Shown here piece by piece: positions 1 to 12,936 of a stretch of 64,000 bases of DNA (positions are counted from its first letter, which is position 1; the number at the start of each line of letters is the position of its first letter). The translations under genes were made by a program, and so were the position numbers. The stretch is from Octopus vulgaris (taxonomy: Eukaryota). The stretch covers positions 97,898,001 to 97,962,000 of the forward strand of contig OX597821.1 in the NCBI GenBank assembly GCA_951406725.2, in the 5' to 3' direction. Under the pieces are notes generated by a model that saw nothing but the letters and a program-made list of their open reading frames with translations, did not search any database and was not told the origin of the DNA.

Positions 1-346
1 ACAGATTTTGCTCCAATTTTGGCATGGTGTTTATGGCTGGATACTCTTCCTAACATAGTGTATGATTGTATTTTTTTGGCATCAACATTATCGAGATTAT
101 CTTACCATTGGGAACACTAAACACCCTCTCCAAGTCCTGTGTTGTCACTGTTTGAATTGTTTACTAATTACTTGCAAAGTGCAGCAGATGTTTTTTTTTT
201 TTTTTGTGACATCAGCATTAGTGGAGTTGCTTTGAAGCTAATAAGGCATAAAAAGAGCCAGGTGATGGAGAGGCAGATAGAAAATATAGACAGACTACAG
301 GTTGTTTCAGTGATACAGCTGACATGTATATTTTATCTAGACAGAT

Positions 347-410
347 GGTGGTGCCCCAGCATGGCCGCGGCCTTCGGGCTAAAACATTTTTAAGAATTTA
401 AGGATTTAAG
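347..410 (+). repeat. Short retroelement 3'-tail fragment with (TTAAGGA)n-like tail; second copy inverted at 15458-15516
   Basis: ggtgccccagcatggccgcggccttcgggctaaaaca matches the reverse complement at 15458-15516. Confidence 0.7.
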
Positions 411-658
411 AAGAAAAGCAAACACTCTAGAATACTCAGATTATAGTTTCAGGATTGTTGAGTCATTTTAACATCTTTCTTGATGAAACATTTTGAAAGT
501 TGTTAGTAATTCATGAAATAAAACGATAACTATACATATGCATGTCTTTTGTTATTGGGTATTGTAAACACAATATACTATTGATTGGCCTGTTGAAAGC
601 CTGTAACTGATTATTCTATTATTAGAAAATGCAATATGATAATAATAACAATAATAAT

Positions 659-3210
659 TCAGTACATGATGAATTGATACAAAAGGTGACAGCATTAAAA
701 GCCAAATTGAAAAGATATGATGCTAGATGCAAAGGTTTTGAATAGAATAGACTGTTCCAATCAAATACAAGGCATCTATTTGAGGAAATAAAGGGAGGCC
801 AACACCAGGAACTGATTCCAGATGCAGAAGAAAGTAAAGAATTTTGGGGAAGGCTGTAGAACAAGTTGGCAAGACATAAAGGAAGTGCAGAGTAGCTGAC
901 AAAGGTGGGAAGACAAGTTGCAATTGTACGAAGACAAGAAGACATCAGAATTAATCTATATACAGTGAGACAGAAGTTTAAAAAATAAAAAATTGGAAAG
1001 TACCAGGCCTGGATGGTGTACAGGTCTATTGGCTGTAGAACTTTACACAGATGCATGAAAGGATCACTGTGCAACTAGATGACTGCCTGCAGCAAGGGTT
1101 ACATCCTTGCCTCGATGACACGTGGACAAATGTTGCTATACCTCAAGGATCCCTTGAAAGGAAACTTGGTGTCATATTTTCAACCTGTGACTTGTTTACC
1201 ACTTATGTGGAAACTCATGACCGGTGGCTTGGCAGAAGAGTTATACAATCATCTGGAAAGTAACAATCTACTCCCATAAGAACAGAAAGAATGCAGGAAA
1301 CAAAGTAGGGCAACAAAAGATCACTAATTAGTTGATAAAAGGATAATTAGAAATTGTAATGCAGATTGACATGACTGAATGTAGCATGGCTAGATTACAA
1401 AAAAAGCATATGACATGGTACCACACAGTTGGATAAGTAAAACAATGAGCATGTCTGGAATAGCAAAACCATGGAGAAAATGCTTAATGAATGTATGAAA
1501 CATTGGAATACTTAATTGATCGGAGGAAAACAAAATCTCAGAAAAGTGAACATCAGACATGGAATATTCCAGGATGATAGCTTATCTCCATTACTGTTCA
1601 AATTGGCCATGACACCACTCATTGCTTACAATTTGGGAAAAGGAAATGGTCAGATAAATCATTTCCTTTTCATGGATGATATAAAGGTTTATGTGAAAAA
1701 TGAGAAACAGCTTGAAAGTCTTGGACATATTATCTGCATTTTCTCAAATTATGTAGGTATGGCATTTGGAATAGAAAAGTGCGCTATATTGAAAATGAAA
1801 TGAAGAAGATTTGAAAGAAGCCAGAGAACTGAAATGCCAAATGGGCAAACAATGAGAGCAGTTGAGAAAGGACAGTGGTGTAAGTACCTGGAAATACTAG
1901 AAGCAGACAAAAAAAATATGAAGAAATGAAAAAAATTACCAATAAGGAGTACACAAGGAGAGTAAGAAAATTATTGTACTCAAAGCTGAATTCCAAAAAT
2001 CTTATTGCAGCAATAAATTCTAGAGCAGTACCCTTTGTCAGATATGGAGTTGGAATTATAGGCTGGACAAAAATTATATAAAGAAACGTGACAGAAAAAC
2101 TGAGAAGTTGTTGATGATGTATGGAGCCCATCATCTGAAAGCTGATATCAGCTGGTTGTACTTGAGAAGAAACCAGGGTGGAAGAAGCTTAAGAGTAGTA
2201 GTAGAATGTGTACAGATGGAAAGAAAAAGTCTAGTAGAGTATTTACAGAGCAACACAGAATAACTACTAAAGACAGTTAATAAAGAACAGGTGATGAAGT
2301 GCGTAATAGGAGAAAAGGACAAGAATGAAATGCAAAGAAAGTACATCAGACAGATTGAAGAGAAACCTCTGCATGGCCAATTTTGGAGAGTCACTGAAGA
2401 CATATGTGGAACAAAATCCTGGGGCTTAGTTAAAAAGGAGGCAATTAAAAAAAGAAAAGAGAGCCTAATTGTAGCAGCTCAAGATCAAGCAATAAAAACA
2501 AACAACTTGAGAAAAATATATACATGGAGAGAATGTCACAGAAAAATGTAGAGCATGTGGAATTTGAAATGAGACAGTGGCACACATTGTGGTAGAATGC
2601 CCAGGTTGGCACAGGAAGAATATAAGAGATGGAGGCACAACCTGGTTGTAAAAGTTTTACACTGGAAACTATGCCAGAAATGGGGATTTGAAACTGGAAG
2701 CACATGGTACAATCATCGAGTCAAAAGTGTACTGGAGTTGAAGAAATGTAAGATTTTGTGAGACTTTCCAATTCAAACGCAGAAGAAGTTAGAAAATAAT
2801 AGACCAGACATAGCAATTATAGATAAGGAAAAGTAAAGTTGCTTACTTATCAACCCATCATGCCTGGTTGATTCCAGGATCATAAAGAAAGAGGAAGAAA
2901 AACAAAAAAAAAATACAATACCTTAAAATTTGAAATAGGAAGAATTTGGAGCATGCAAACAGTCATGCCTATAATAATTGGTGCACTAGGAACAGTAAGC
3001 AAAGATATAAACAAATGGTTGGAGGAGAATGAAATAGAATGCCTTGTAGAGCTCCTACAGAAAGTTTGTCTTTTAGGAACAGCAAGGATTATCGGGAGTG
3101 TTCTAAGCACTTGAGACTACTGAAAACTTGTGGATACTTAAGGTTACAGGTAGTAACCCATTAACCACATAACTCCTACCAGAAATAAGACTGAACCTGG
3201 GCCAAACCAA
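659..3210 (+). mobile_element. 5'-truncated, decayed R4/Dong-clade non-LTR retrotransposon (RT + CCHC knuckle + restriction-like endonuclease)
   Basis: Frame-broken peptides QPVTCLPLMWKL, LDYKKAYDMVPHSWI, GIFQDDSLSPLLF, INHFLFMDDIKVY, KCRACG..ETVAHIVVEC (~2545-2600), NNRPDI (~2795-2812), PIIIGALGTV, LQKVCLLGTARII; flanked by (TAA)n at ~640-658 and ~3210-3230, the known Dong target. Confidence 0.9.
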
Positions 3211-3231
3211 ATAATCATAATAATAATAATT

Positions 3232-3430
3232 CTTTCAAATTCTGGCACAAGGCCAGTAATTTTAGGGGGAGAGTTTACATTGATCCTAGTCCTTAACCAG
3301 TACTAATTTTATTGACCCTGAAAGGATGAAAGCAAAATTTACCTCATCAGAATATGAACTCAGAATGTAAAAAGCTGGAAGAAATATCATTAAACATTTT
3401 GTCTGATGTGCTACTGATTCTGCCAGATCA
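3232..3430 (-). mobile_element. tRNA-derived SINE, family B (Meta/MESC-like core gcctttcatcctttcggggtcgataaa), decayed
   Basis: Reverse complement matches the family at 11310-11525 and 62281-62513. Confidence 0.75.
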
Positions 3431-3445
3431 TCTGGAGAGGATAAT

Positions 3446-3839
3446 GATGGATGGAAGCACTCTGTCGGTTACGACAATGAGGGTTCCGGTTGATCCGAAT
3501 CAACGGAACAGCCTGCTCGTGAAATTAACGTAAGTGGCTGAGCACTCCACAGACACGTGCACCCTTAACGTAGTTCTCAGGGATATTCAGCATGACACAG
3601 AGAGTGACAAGGCCGGCCCCTTGAAATACAGGTACAACAGAAACAGGAAGTAAGAGTGGAGTGAGAGAAAGTTGAGGCGAAAGAGTACAACAGGGGTCAT
3701 CACCACCCCCTGCTGGAGCCTCGTGGAGCTTTAGGTGTTTTCGCTCAATAAACACTCACAACGCCCGGTCTGGGAATCGAAACCGCGATCCTCCGACCGC
3801 GTGTCCGCTGCCCTAACCACTGGGCCATTGCGCCTCCAC
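3446..3839 (-). mobile_element. tRNA(Arg)-like SINE, family C, full length
   Basis: Head gtggaggcgcaatggcccagtggttagggcagcgg...ggtttcgattccc has A and B boxes; 12-bp TSD ggagaggataat at 3434-3445 and 3840-3851. Confidence 0.9.
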
Positions 3840-4149
3840 GGAGAGGATAATAATAATATCAAGAACAACAACAATGTGAATAGCTTCTACTGATACTCTA
3901 AGTTATCTCATAAACTCCGTTTGTAAGGTGCTTTATATATGTTCATTGAAAGTTACAGCAAATACTGTCAGGAATTGAATGTTGAAAAAAGGTAGCACGT
4001 AGCATATTAACGTTTCATATCTTTCTTTCCATCACTTTCAATGTTGACAACATATTGAAATAAAATGTTAAGAGGGACTTGCCTCAAATTTATAGTAGGC
4101 ATGGGTTATAGTCAGATGATTCCAACTCAATCTATGTGGTCATCAGTTA

Positions 4150-4580
4150 GAAGTAGCAGTCAAATAGACTTCATATTTCACTCTACAATTTAACGATAAA
4201 TTATAAAATGCATTAAGGTAACCTTAGATACACTGTCTGAATAAAAGAGGGGAAAGTCATATCTAGGACGTCTTTGATCCTTAGTTTGCTGTGATTATGA
4301 CTGAGCCGTGCCCAAACAGCACCACCTCATATCAGATGTCATCATACCACATTGCATTACATGACTCAACAATTAGCCTTTATAAGGTCATTTGACCTGC
4401 TAGAAATAGAAATATTTTTCAAGTTACATCATATTGTCTTTAAAAAAAAGGAAGGACATAATAGGTAACCTAGTCTCGGATTTGTTCTGTCTAAATATAA
4501 AAAATGAAATAGTCATGGCTGGAACATCTTTGATCACAGATTTGTTGGATGAAGGTTATCCTAGGGCTAAACAAGTAAAT
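4150..4580 (+). repeat. Two decayed copies of an old interspersed repeat (tgacctgctagaaatag...ggtcatggctggaa...ggggctaaacaac); others near 14225-14400(-) and 15300-15440(+)
   Basis: Recurrent diverged sequence within the window. Confidence 0.5.
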
Positions 4581-5239
4581 ATATTCTATCACTCTCTATT
4601 TCATGGTTCAGTGGTCAGAGCTGCCTGCTTCAACAAAATGCACTTATTCAGGCTTATAAAGAAAAAAAGAAAAAAATCTATAAATTTCTTTTTTAAATAT
4701 TTGGAAAACATGAAAACAAAATACCAAAACTGATTGTCATCACCATTAAATAGTGATGACATGGAATTCTGTAGATCAACATGAATTCTGTTGCCAGGGA
4801 AACAACCTTTCCAGATCAGTGCTGTGTATTGCCAAGAGACTGAACCGTTTTATTATAAATCTATTCCATCCAGTTCATCACTAGCATTAATGGATCAATA
4901 ATATTATTGATGATGATGATAAAAATAATAAGAATAATAATGATTTCTTTATTAACCAAAAGGGCAAAATAAATACTTAAACATCCAGATACAATAACAA
5001 AGACAAAGGCTTTGCAATGCACACAATTATCGTTGTCCTCATCATCATCATCATTTTACATCCGCTTTTCTATGCCAACATAAGCTGAACGAGTTGTCAT
5101 GGACCAAGTCAATTCTTATTTCAATTTCTTGCCTTCTTAAACAGATTGGGGACCATGTCTGATTTGTATGTTCCACTTTTGATAACATTTTCATGACTGG
5201 ATTCCCTTGCTATTGCTAGCCATATTAGAGAATACACTA

Positions 5240-5658
5240 CTCTTTTACTCTTTACTCTTTTACTTGTTTCAGTCATTTGACTGTGGCCATGCTGGAGCAC
5301 CGCCTTTAATCGAGCAAATCGACCCCGGGACTTATTCTTTTGTAAGCCCAGTACTTATTCTATCGGTCTCTTTTGCCAAACCGCTAAGTGACGGGGACGT
5401 AAACACACCAGCATCGGTTGTCAAGCAATGCTAGGGGGACAAATACAGACACACAAACATATACACACACATACATATATACATATACATATATACGACA
5501 GGCTTCTTTCAGTTTCCGTCTACCAAATCCACTCACAAGGCTTTGGTCGTCCTGAGGCTATAGCAGAAGACACTTGCCCAAGATGCCATGCAGTGGGACT
5601 GAACCCGGAACCATGTGGTTGGTTAGCAAGCTACTTACCACACAGCCACTCCTGCGCC
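5240..5658 (-). mobile_element. tRNA-derived CORE-type SINE, family A, with internal (TA)n/(TG)n
   Basis: Head ggcgcaggagtggctgtgtggtaag...gggttcagtccc; CORE-like accttgggcaagtg; (GTAAAAGA)n tail; more than 10 copies in window. Confidence 0.9.
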
Positions 5659-6027
5659 TAGCTGAATTTTATTATAAGACCAGCATTAGAGATGTTGCTA
5701 AGTCCCCAGCAAGAATAAAGTAGGATTTTTCTACCCTTACACTGTCTACATTCATTCACCAACCATTTTACAGAATGTAATGGGCGCATTTCATCAGACA
5801 CCAATACTAATGTGGTCGACTAAGCGTCTCCTCTCTCCTACATTATCTCCAGTCATGCATTTACCAGCATCAGTGAGTCCTCTCATCTCTAGTCAATAAA
5901 AGGGACAGAAGAGAGAGCAATGAAAGAGAATTAGCATGATGGGAGAGGATGTTAGAGGACAGAGTAAAGGGGAGAGACGGGGAAGACAAGGGTGCTGATA
6001 GATGTCAAAAATGACAGAAGGAATGAG

Positions 6028-6157
<130 letters not shown>

Positions 6158-6159
6158 GT

Positions 6160-6541
6160 ACAGCTGTATGGCTAAGAACTTCACTTTGCAGTTACATGGT
6201 TTCAAGTTCACTCCCATTGCATAGCACCTTTAGCAAGTGTCTTCTACAACCCAGGGCCAACAAAAGCTTTGTAAGTAGGTTTGTTAGGTGGATGGATGTG
6301 TGTGCAGGTTTCCATGCTTCCTTGTCTTGACATGTGCTAGTTTTAAAAAGCGTCACCATCATACAAGCAGTGTTCCTTAGTTTCAGTTTTCCTTGGAAGC
6401 ATTCTGCTCAAGTTCTAAGAACTAGATATAACCTTGCTTGGGAACAGGTGAGGGTTTGCAATGGAAAGAGCATCCAGCCGTAGAAAACCTACCTCAATGA
6501 ATTTTGTCTGATTCATACAAGCATGGAAAAGTGAATGTTAA
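6160..6541 (+). mobile_element. Older SINE with family-A-like tRNA/CORE head and RTE-type tail
   Basis: Head ends agcaagtgtcttctac; tail gaaagagcatccagccgtagaaa...agcatggaaaagtgaatgttaa resembles the RTE 3' end. Confidence 0.6.
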
Positions 6542-6569
6542 TATATATATATATATACAATATATACAT

Positions 6570-6866
6570 ATTGTGCCAGTGGCAAATAAAAAGCACCATC
6601 CGATCGTGGCTGTTGTCAGCTTCGCCTGGCACGTAAAAAGCACCATCCGACTGTGGCCGTTTGCCAGCCCCATCTGGCACCTGTGCCGGTGGCATGTAAA
6701 AAGCACCCACTACACTCATGGAGTGGTTGGCGTTAGGAAGGGCATCCAGCCGTAGAAACATTGCCAGATCAGACTGGGCCTGGTGCAGCCTTCTGGCTTC
6801 CCAGACCCCAGATGAACCGTCCAACCCATGCTAGCATGGAAAGCGGATGCTAAATGATGATGATGA
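6570..6866 (+). mobile_element. 3' UTR fragment of RTE LINE with (GAT)n tail
   Basis: Same sequence follows the RTE ORF at 22400-22894 and 48424-48906. Confidence 0.85.
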
Positions 6867-7477
6867 TTATTATTTAGTTTGATCCGGTGACCTGTTAGTC
6901 TGGTGGTTTTTACCCAATGTATGGCTAGTTACTCAGATGTGGGAAAGCACTCTAACAAAGTACAGAAAGCTGAGACATACATATTTGGTTGCATTTACAA
7001 GCTGGATTTGGACCATGGTTAGAGAGATGAATAGTGAGAAAAAATGTTTCCATGTGCACACATGCACAATCAAACACACACAAGCATATACACATACTAG
7101 TCTTGAGTATGGGAAGGAAGGAAAGAGTATAAAGAGGGGGAAGGGAAAAATAGCGAGAGGAGAGAGAAAGAAAAAAGCAAATGAGAAGGAAAGGAAAACA
7201 GAAAGGACAGCAGAAAGAGGGTAGAGGCAAGAAAAAAAAAAGAAAGGGAGAAAAAGAAAGAAGATAGAGTGTTAAGAGAGGAAAAGAAGGACTGTTAGGA
7301 GGTAGGTACATACCCAGCTGCAGATGTGGTGGGTATGTGGGTACACAGGTATAAGGCTGAAGAATTGGCCCCACATGCTTTCAGACACATAACACACACA
7401 GGCAATCGAGCTGACAGACACACACTCACATGCATGCACTCACACAGGCACACACAAGCATAGAAATAAACTGCCAA

Positions 7478-7513
<36 letters not shown>

Positions 7514-7641
7514 TCACAAATATCATCATACATAGAAGCTACTGGCTGACCAACAATGAGAAAGGATAGAGGTGGGTTGTTCATCTTGTTTGAAAGATTG
7601 CCAAAACTAATTGCTTAAAAAAAATTAACCATTGTTGAACA

Positions 7642-8043
7642 GGCGCAGGAGTGGCTGTGTGGTAAGTAGCTTGCTAACCAACCACATGGTTCCGGGTTCA
7701 ATCCCACTGCATGGCACCTTGGGCAAGTGTCTTCTGCTATAGCCTCGGGCCGACCAATGCCTTGTGAGTGGATTTGATAGACGGAAACTGAAAGAAGCCT
7801 GCCATATATATATATATATATATGTATGTGTATGTGTGTGTGTTTGTGTGTCTGTGTTTGTCCCCCTAGCATTGCTTGACAACAGATGCTGGTGTGTTTA
7901 CGACCCCGTCCCTTAGCGGTTCGGCAAAAGAGACCGATAGAATAAGTACTGGGCTTACAAAGAATAAGTCCCGGGGTCGATTTGCTCGACTAAAGGCGGT
8001 GCTCCAGCATGGCCGAGGTCAAATGACTGAAACAAGTAAAAGA
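7642..8043 (+). mobile_element. CORE-type SINE family A
   Basis: Full head-to-tail match to family A. Confidence 0.9.
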
Positions 8044-8679
8044 ATTGTGTATAAATATGTGTGTATGTTCATGTATTCAGTAGATGGCTTATGTACTTGT
8101 ATTTGTACCTTTATTTAAGGGTACCACAGAAAGATACAGTCTAGTAAGTTGTAAATAGATGCAATTCACTTTGCTGTAAATATGTACCTATATAGATGTT
8201 ATCCATCTTGCTGTCAATGGGTACCATAGTGAGGTATTATGGAAATTATAGAGTCTGCCACTGAATGAATAGTACAACAGTCCACCAAGCTGGAATGATG
8301 AATAGTAAAATCAACCAAAGTAGAATTCTCAACTCAGTATATATTGAGTTGAAACTAAATAATGTAAATCATTTATTTAGATGTGTTATGTTTATCAAAT
8401 TATAACGAAATAATAAGAAATTCCATTATTTTTTAATAATAATTGTCTCAAATTTTGGCACAATTTTAGTGGGAGGGAGTGAGTTGACTACATTGACTCC
8501 AGCCTCTCCAGGACTTGATTGGCACATTTTTTTCCTTGACCACTAAGAGATGGAAATTAACATTGATTTTGACAGGTTTTGAACTTAGAATGTAGAGAAC
8601 CAGAATACTCCATGGTATTTTATCTGACTTATGCTTCTGCCAATTCATTGCTCCAATGATAAAAACAATAATCCTTATT

Positions 8680-9067
8680 GGATGGAAGCACTCTGTCGGT
8701 TACGACGATGAGGGTTCCGGTTGATCCGAATCAACGGAACAGCCTGCTCGTGAAATTAACATGTAAGTAGCTGAGCACTCCACAGACACGTGCACTCTTA
8801 ACGTAGTTCTCGGGGATATTCAGCGTGACACAGAGAGTGACAAGGCCGGCCCCTTGAAATACAGGTACAACAGAAACAGGAAGTAAGAGTGAGAGAAAGT
8901 TGTGGTGAAAGAGTACAGCAGGGATAACCACCATCCCCTGCTGGAGCCTCATGGAGCTTTTAGGTGTTTTCGCTCAATAAACACTCTCAACGCCCGGTCT
9001 GGGAATCGAAAACGCGATCCTATGACCGCGAGTCCACTGCCCTAACCACTGGGCCATTGCGCCTCCA
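8680..9067 (-). mobile_element. tRNA(Arg)-like SINE family C, full length
   Basis: Near-identical to 3446-3839; 10-bp TSD aatccttatt at 8670-8679 and 9068-9077. Confidence 0.9.
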
Positions 9068-9629
9068 AATCCTTATTATAATAATAGAGAAACCTGTCTT
9101 GTCTGTAACATGCTTTCTAGTTTGGTTTGCAATTACCTTCCTCACTCACACTCTTCCTCTGTATGTATGTATGTTCACAGACACACATATATATTTCATT
9201 AAAGATATTAAGTCACTACTTTTGAAAATAAAAAAGTTTCTTTTTAAAAAAAATAATGGAAAGAAAATAATGGAAAGAAAATAATGAATCCGTACTTTAA
9301 AATTCTCTTAAGAAAACTTGCAAATATTTGTTTTTCTTTGTTTGAATTTAATAAGTTACTTTCTTTGAATTAAGAAAAAGACGGGTGTCTATCTGTTACT
9401 GTTTTGCCCCAATCACTCACCCTTCACCCCGATGACACACAGAAACTCACTACTTCAGTTTCCTCCATTTAATTATTCCAGAAAATAGTTGGATGATTAT
9501 TTTCTTATCACCATTTTAAAATTCATTTAATTATTGAACAGTTTGTTATAAATGAAGAACATGTAATTATACAAAGTCAAACGAGTAACAGTGGCAGCAT
9601 TCTATCACTTTTAAATCCTCAATCTTTAA

Positions 9630-9849
9630 CCCTTTAGTGTTCAGATTAATTTGTCAAAAGTAATCCTTATTTATTCACATTTAAAAAAAATTATTTGATA
9701 TTATTTTGTACCTTCAAGATAGGAAAGATGTAATTGCTTATTTTTAGAGTGACATTGCAGGGTAGATGTGAGATGCATGTTCTGGCCAGTTTGAGCATAA
9801 AATGTGTAGAATATTTGGACCGGATACAGCCGGTTTAAACACTAAAAGG
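9630..9849. mobile_element. piggyBac-type MITE
   Basis: TTAA on both sides (9626-9629, 9850-9853); TIR ccctttagtgtt / aacactaaaagg (1 mismatch). Confidence 0.75.
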
Positions 9850-10025
9850 TTAACTGAATAAATTGCTCTTTCCCCTTGCTGTCTCTCTCAGAATGTATGT
9901 ACACAGAGATGCATATTTCTTAAAAGGATCATTAAAGACATTAAGTTACCACTTTATAAATAAATGGTTTCTTCTTTTAAAAGAAATTTATCATAAAATG
10001 GAAAGGCAATGATGAAATAACAATG

Positions 10026-10064
<39 letters not shown>

Positions 10065-10459
10065 AATTGATACACTTAATAAAATATTAGACAAAATGTC
10101 TTGTGATACTGAAGTTCGCTTATCACAAACAGAGATCGTATCTCACCAGGATTAATTTTGCCTTTCACATATTCAGTTAATCACTGGAGTTGATATAGCC
10201 AACCATGCCCTCCATCATGAGTTTTTCGCTGCAGCAAGCACATTTCTGTATTTCCCAATATGTACAGTAATTTCTTCTGCAGTAGTAAAATGTGTGTATA
10301 ACATCTTATCTGATACATTGTGGAGTTTGTTATTTTGTTGTTCTTGTTTGTTGTGAAAGTATATGGAGGTGATTGTAGAGAAAATGTGGTGGTGTGAATT
10401 GTGGTATTATTCAATAGGGTGGACTTAATTTGTTCACTCCTTCAAGATTCGTGGTTTTC

Positions 10460-10866
10460 CTTTATTCTTTTATTCTTTTACTTGTTTCAGTCATTTGACT
10501 GCGGCCATGCTGGAGCACCGCCTTTAATCGAGCAACTCGACCCCGGGACTTATTCTTTTGTAAGCCCAGTACTTATTCTATCAGTCTCTTTTGCCGAACC
10601 GCTAAGTAACAGGGACATAAACACTCCAGCATTGGTTGTCAAGCAATGCTTGGGGGACAAACACAGACACACAAACACACACGCATACATATATATACAT
10701 ATATACGACGGGCTTCTTTCAGTTTCCGTCTACCAAATCCACTCACATGGCTTTGGTCGGCCCAAGGCTATAGTAGAAGACACTTGCCCAAAGTGCCATG
10801 CAGTGGGACTGAACCTGGAACCATGTGGTTGGTAAACAAGCTACTTACCACACAGCCACTCCTGCA
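10460..10866 (-). mobile_element. CORE-type SINE family A
   Basis: Match to family A. Confidence 0.9.
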
Positions 10867-11912
10867 GCATTTCTTCCAGCTTTTTATGTTCTGAGTTCAA
10901 ATGCCACCAAAGTTGACTTTGCCTTCCATCCTTTTCTTTTTTTTTAGGCAGGTGGGGAGGGGGCTATAAAACTAGTAACAGTTGAGCACTAAAGTTGATT
11001 TAATCAACTTCCCCTCAAAATAACTGGCCTTGTGTCAAAATTACAAAGAATAATTATCTTTATAAAGGCAGTGAAGTGGTAGAATTATTACAACATTTAT
11101 AAAAAATGCGAAGTGGTATTTCCTCCAACTCTTTGCATTTTGTGTTCGAATCTTCCTGAGGTCAGCTTTTCCTTTCTTCTTTTCAGGGAGATAAAATAAA
11201 TACCAGTTGAATACTGGAGTTGACGCAACTGACTTCTCCTTCCCCTTAAAATTGTTGGCCTTGTGTCAAAAACTAGAAAGAATTATTAGCATTAGTATAA
11301 AGGTGGTAAAGGTGGTGAGCTAGCAGAATCGTTAGCACAACAGGTGAAATGCTTAGCAGTATTTCACTCATTGCTAAATTCTGAGTTCAAATTCCACTGA
11401 GTTCGACTTTGCCTTTCATCCTTTCAGGGTTGATAAATTAAGTACCAGTGAAACACTGAGGTCAATGTAATCAACTAGTTCCCTCCCCTAAAATTTCAGG
11501 CTTTGTGCCTACAGTAGAAAGGACTATTATAAAGGTGGTAAGCTGGCAGAATTATTAGAACATTGGAAAAAATGCTTTGCAGCATTTCTTCTAACTCATT
11601 ACATTCTGAGTTCAAATTCTCCCAAGGTCAATTTTGCCATTCACTCTTTCAGGATCATTAAAATAAATACCAGTCATGTATAAGGGTTGGTGTAATCAAC
11701 TTGTCTCCTCCCCGCAAATTCCTGGCCTCATGTTAAAATCTGAAGCAGTTATTGTTACTATTATTTTTCCAGGTTGACTTTGCCTTTCATCATTTCAGGG
11801 TCAATAAATAAAGTACCAGTTTCGCACTGGGGTCGATGTAATCGGTTTAATCCCTTTGTCTGTCCTTGTTTGTCCCCTCTATGTTTAGCCCCTTGTGGGC
11901 AGTAAAGAAATA
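10866..11912 (+). mobile_element. Head-to-tail cluster of about five SINE family B copies
   Basis: Repeated aaggtggtgagctggcagaatcgttag...gagttcaaatt...gactttgcctttcatcc...ggccttgtg units separated by short (TTA)n. Confidence 0.85.
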
Positions 11913-12199
11913 TATTATTTTTCCTTTGATTTCGCTATATAAGCAATGACTACCAAGTATCGGGCAGATACTTAGGGCTGGTATTGTTGTTTTAGACGGT
12001 CTTTTTTTTTTAACTTTTCATTCACTAAATAAATCACATTGCAAACATTTATAGGTAAAACAAATTGAGAAAATAAATATGGAAGGTTGGGGTTAAGTAT
12101 GAAGTATAAAAGAATAGAAAGCGGGGGAGAAGTGTAAAAAAGTAAAAAAGCTAAGTTGCTTTGACGATAGCTGAATGATATTAAATATCAATTAAATTT

Positions 12200-12503
12200 A
12201 CAATAAAAATTAAAAGAAATGATTGTGTGTTGACAAAGACAAAAATCTACAATGTGGCCAGTATTTGTGAGAACTATCTTTTGGATTTCATGGATTCTAA
12301 GTTTACCAGGTATGTCTTATAGAAACTTTTGAACTCCTTTCTTTATGACACCGAGTCCTATCTCTACTCAAAGAGTTTTGGCTTTAAGGTGTCACATTCT
12401 GTTTATTTCTATTTTGAGAACCTTATATCTAGCAAGTTCTTCATACTCATTTACTGACTCCTTTCTATTAGATGATACAGCCATGTCAATGAGTTAGCAG
12501 GTC
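12200..12503 (-). mobile_element. R4/Dong-clade RLE C-terminal fragment, decayed
   Basis: Minus strand reads LLIDMAVSS..RYKVLKIEI..LGVIKKG..IPGKLRIHEIQKIVL..TGHI. Confidence 0.75.
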
Positions 12504-12553
12504 TTCTTCTTCTTCTTCTTCTTCTTCTTTTCTTATTATTATTATTATTATTA

Positions 12554-12612
<59 letters not shown>

Positions 12613-12613
<1 letters not shown>

Positions 12614-12893
12614 TGTTTGACTTTAGCTTTATATTTGTACAAGGTGGCTCCAAGTCTCACCCAGAGACCTCAAGAGACAACAGGTTGGAAGTTCACGTTG
12701 TTGTTATGCCTAGTGTGCCATATATTTGGGGTTTTTTTGGTGTTGTACTACTGAATGTCTAAAAAAAAAAAACCAAAAATTATGTTTGTTTTAAACCTTG
12801 AGATTACATAGAAAGTATTTTGTGTAGGATATGAGCAGTTCCCATGAGCACTATCTTTTGAATTTCTACCATTTTGGGGTTTCCTGGTATCTC
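12613..12893 (-). mobile_element. R4/Dong-clade 3' end inserted in (TAA)n
   Basis: IPGNPKMVEIQKIVLMGTAHILHKILSM* plus 3' UTR; second copy at 19540-19935. Confidence 0.85.
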
Positions 12894-12897
12894 TTGC

Positions 12898-12936
<39 letters not shown>

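Noticed and set aside
3760-3839. tRNA-Arg-like gene (also ~8990-9067, 51071-51145 and SINE A heads)
   Set aside because: SINE heads continuous with SINE bodies, in two cases with TSDs; acceptor stems do not pair.
4753-4843. C/D box snoRNA (GTGATGA...CTGA)
   Set aside because: No terminal stem and no recognisable rRNA/snRNA complement; the C box is part of a local hairpin.
7615-7882. Recurrent ORFs MLGGQTQTH.../MSSNARG.../MDGSTGVWEARR...
   Set aside because: Chance frames in high-copy SINE and RTE UTR sequence.
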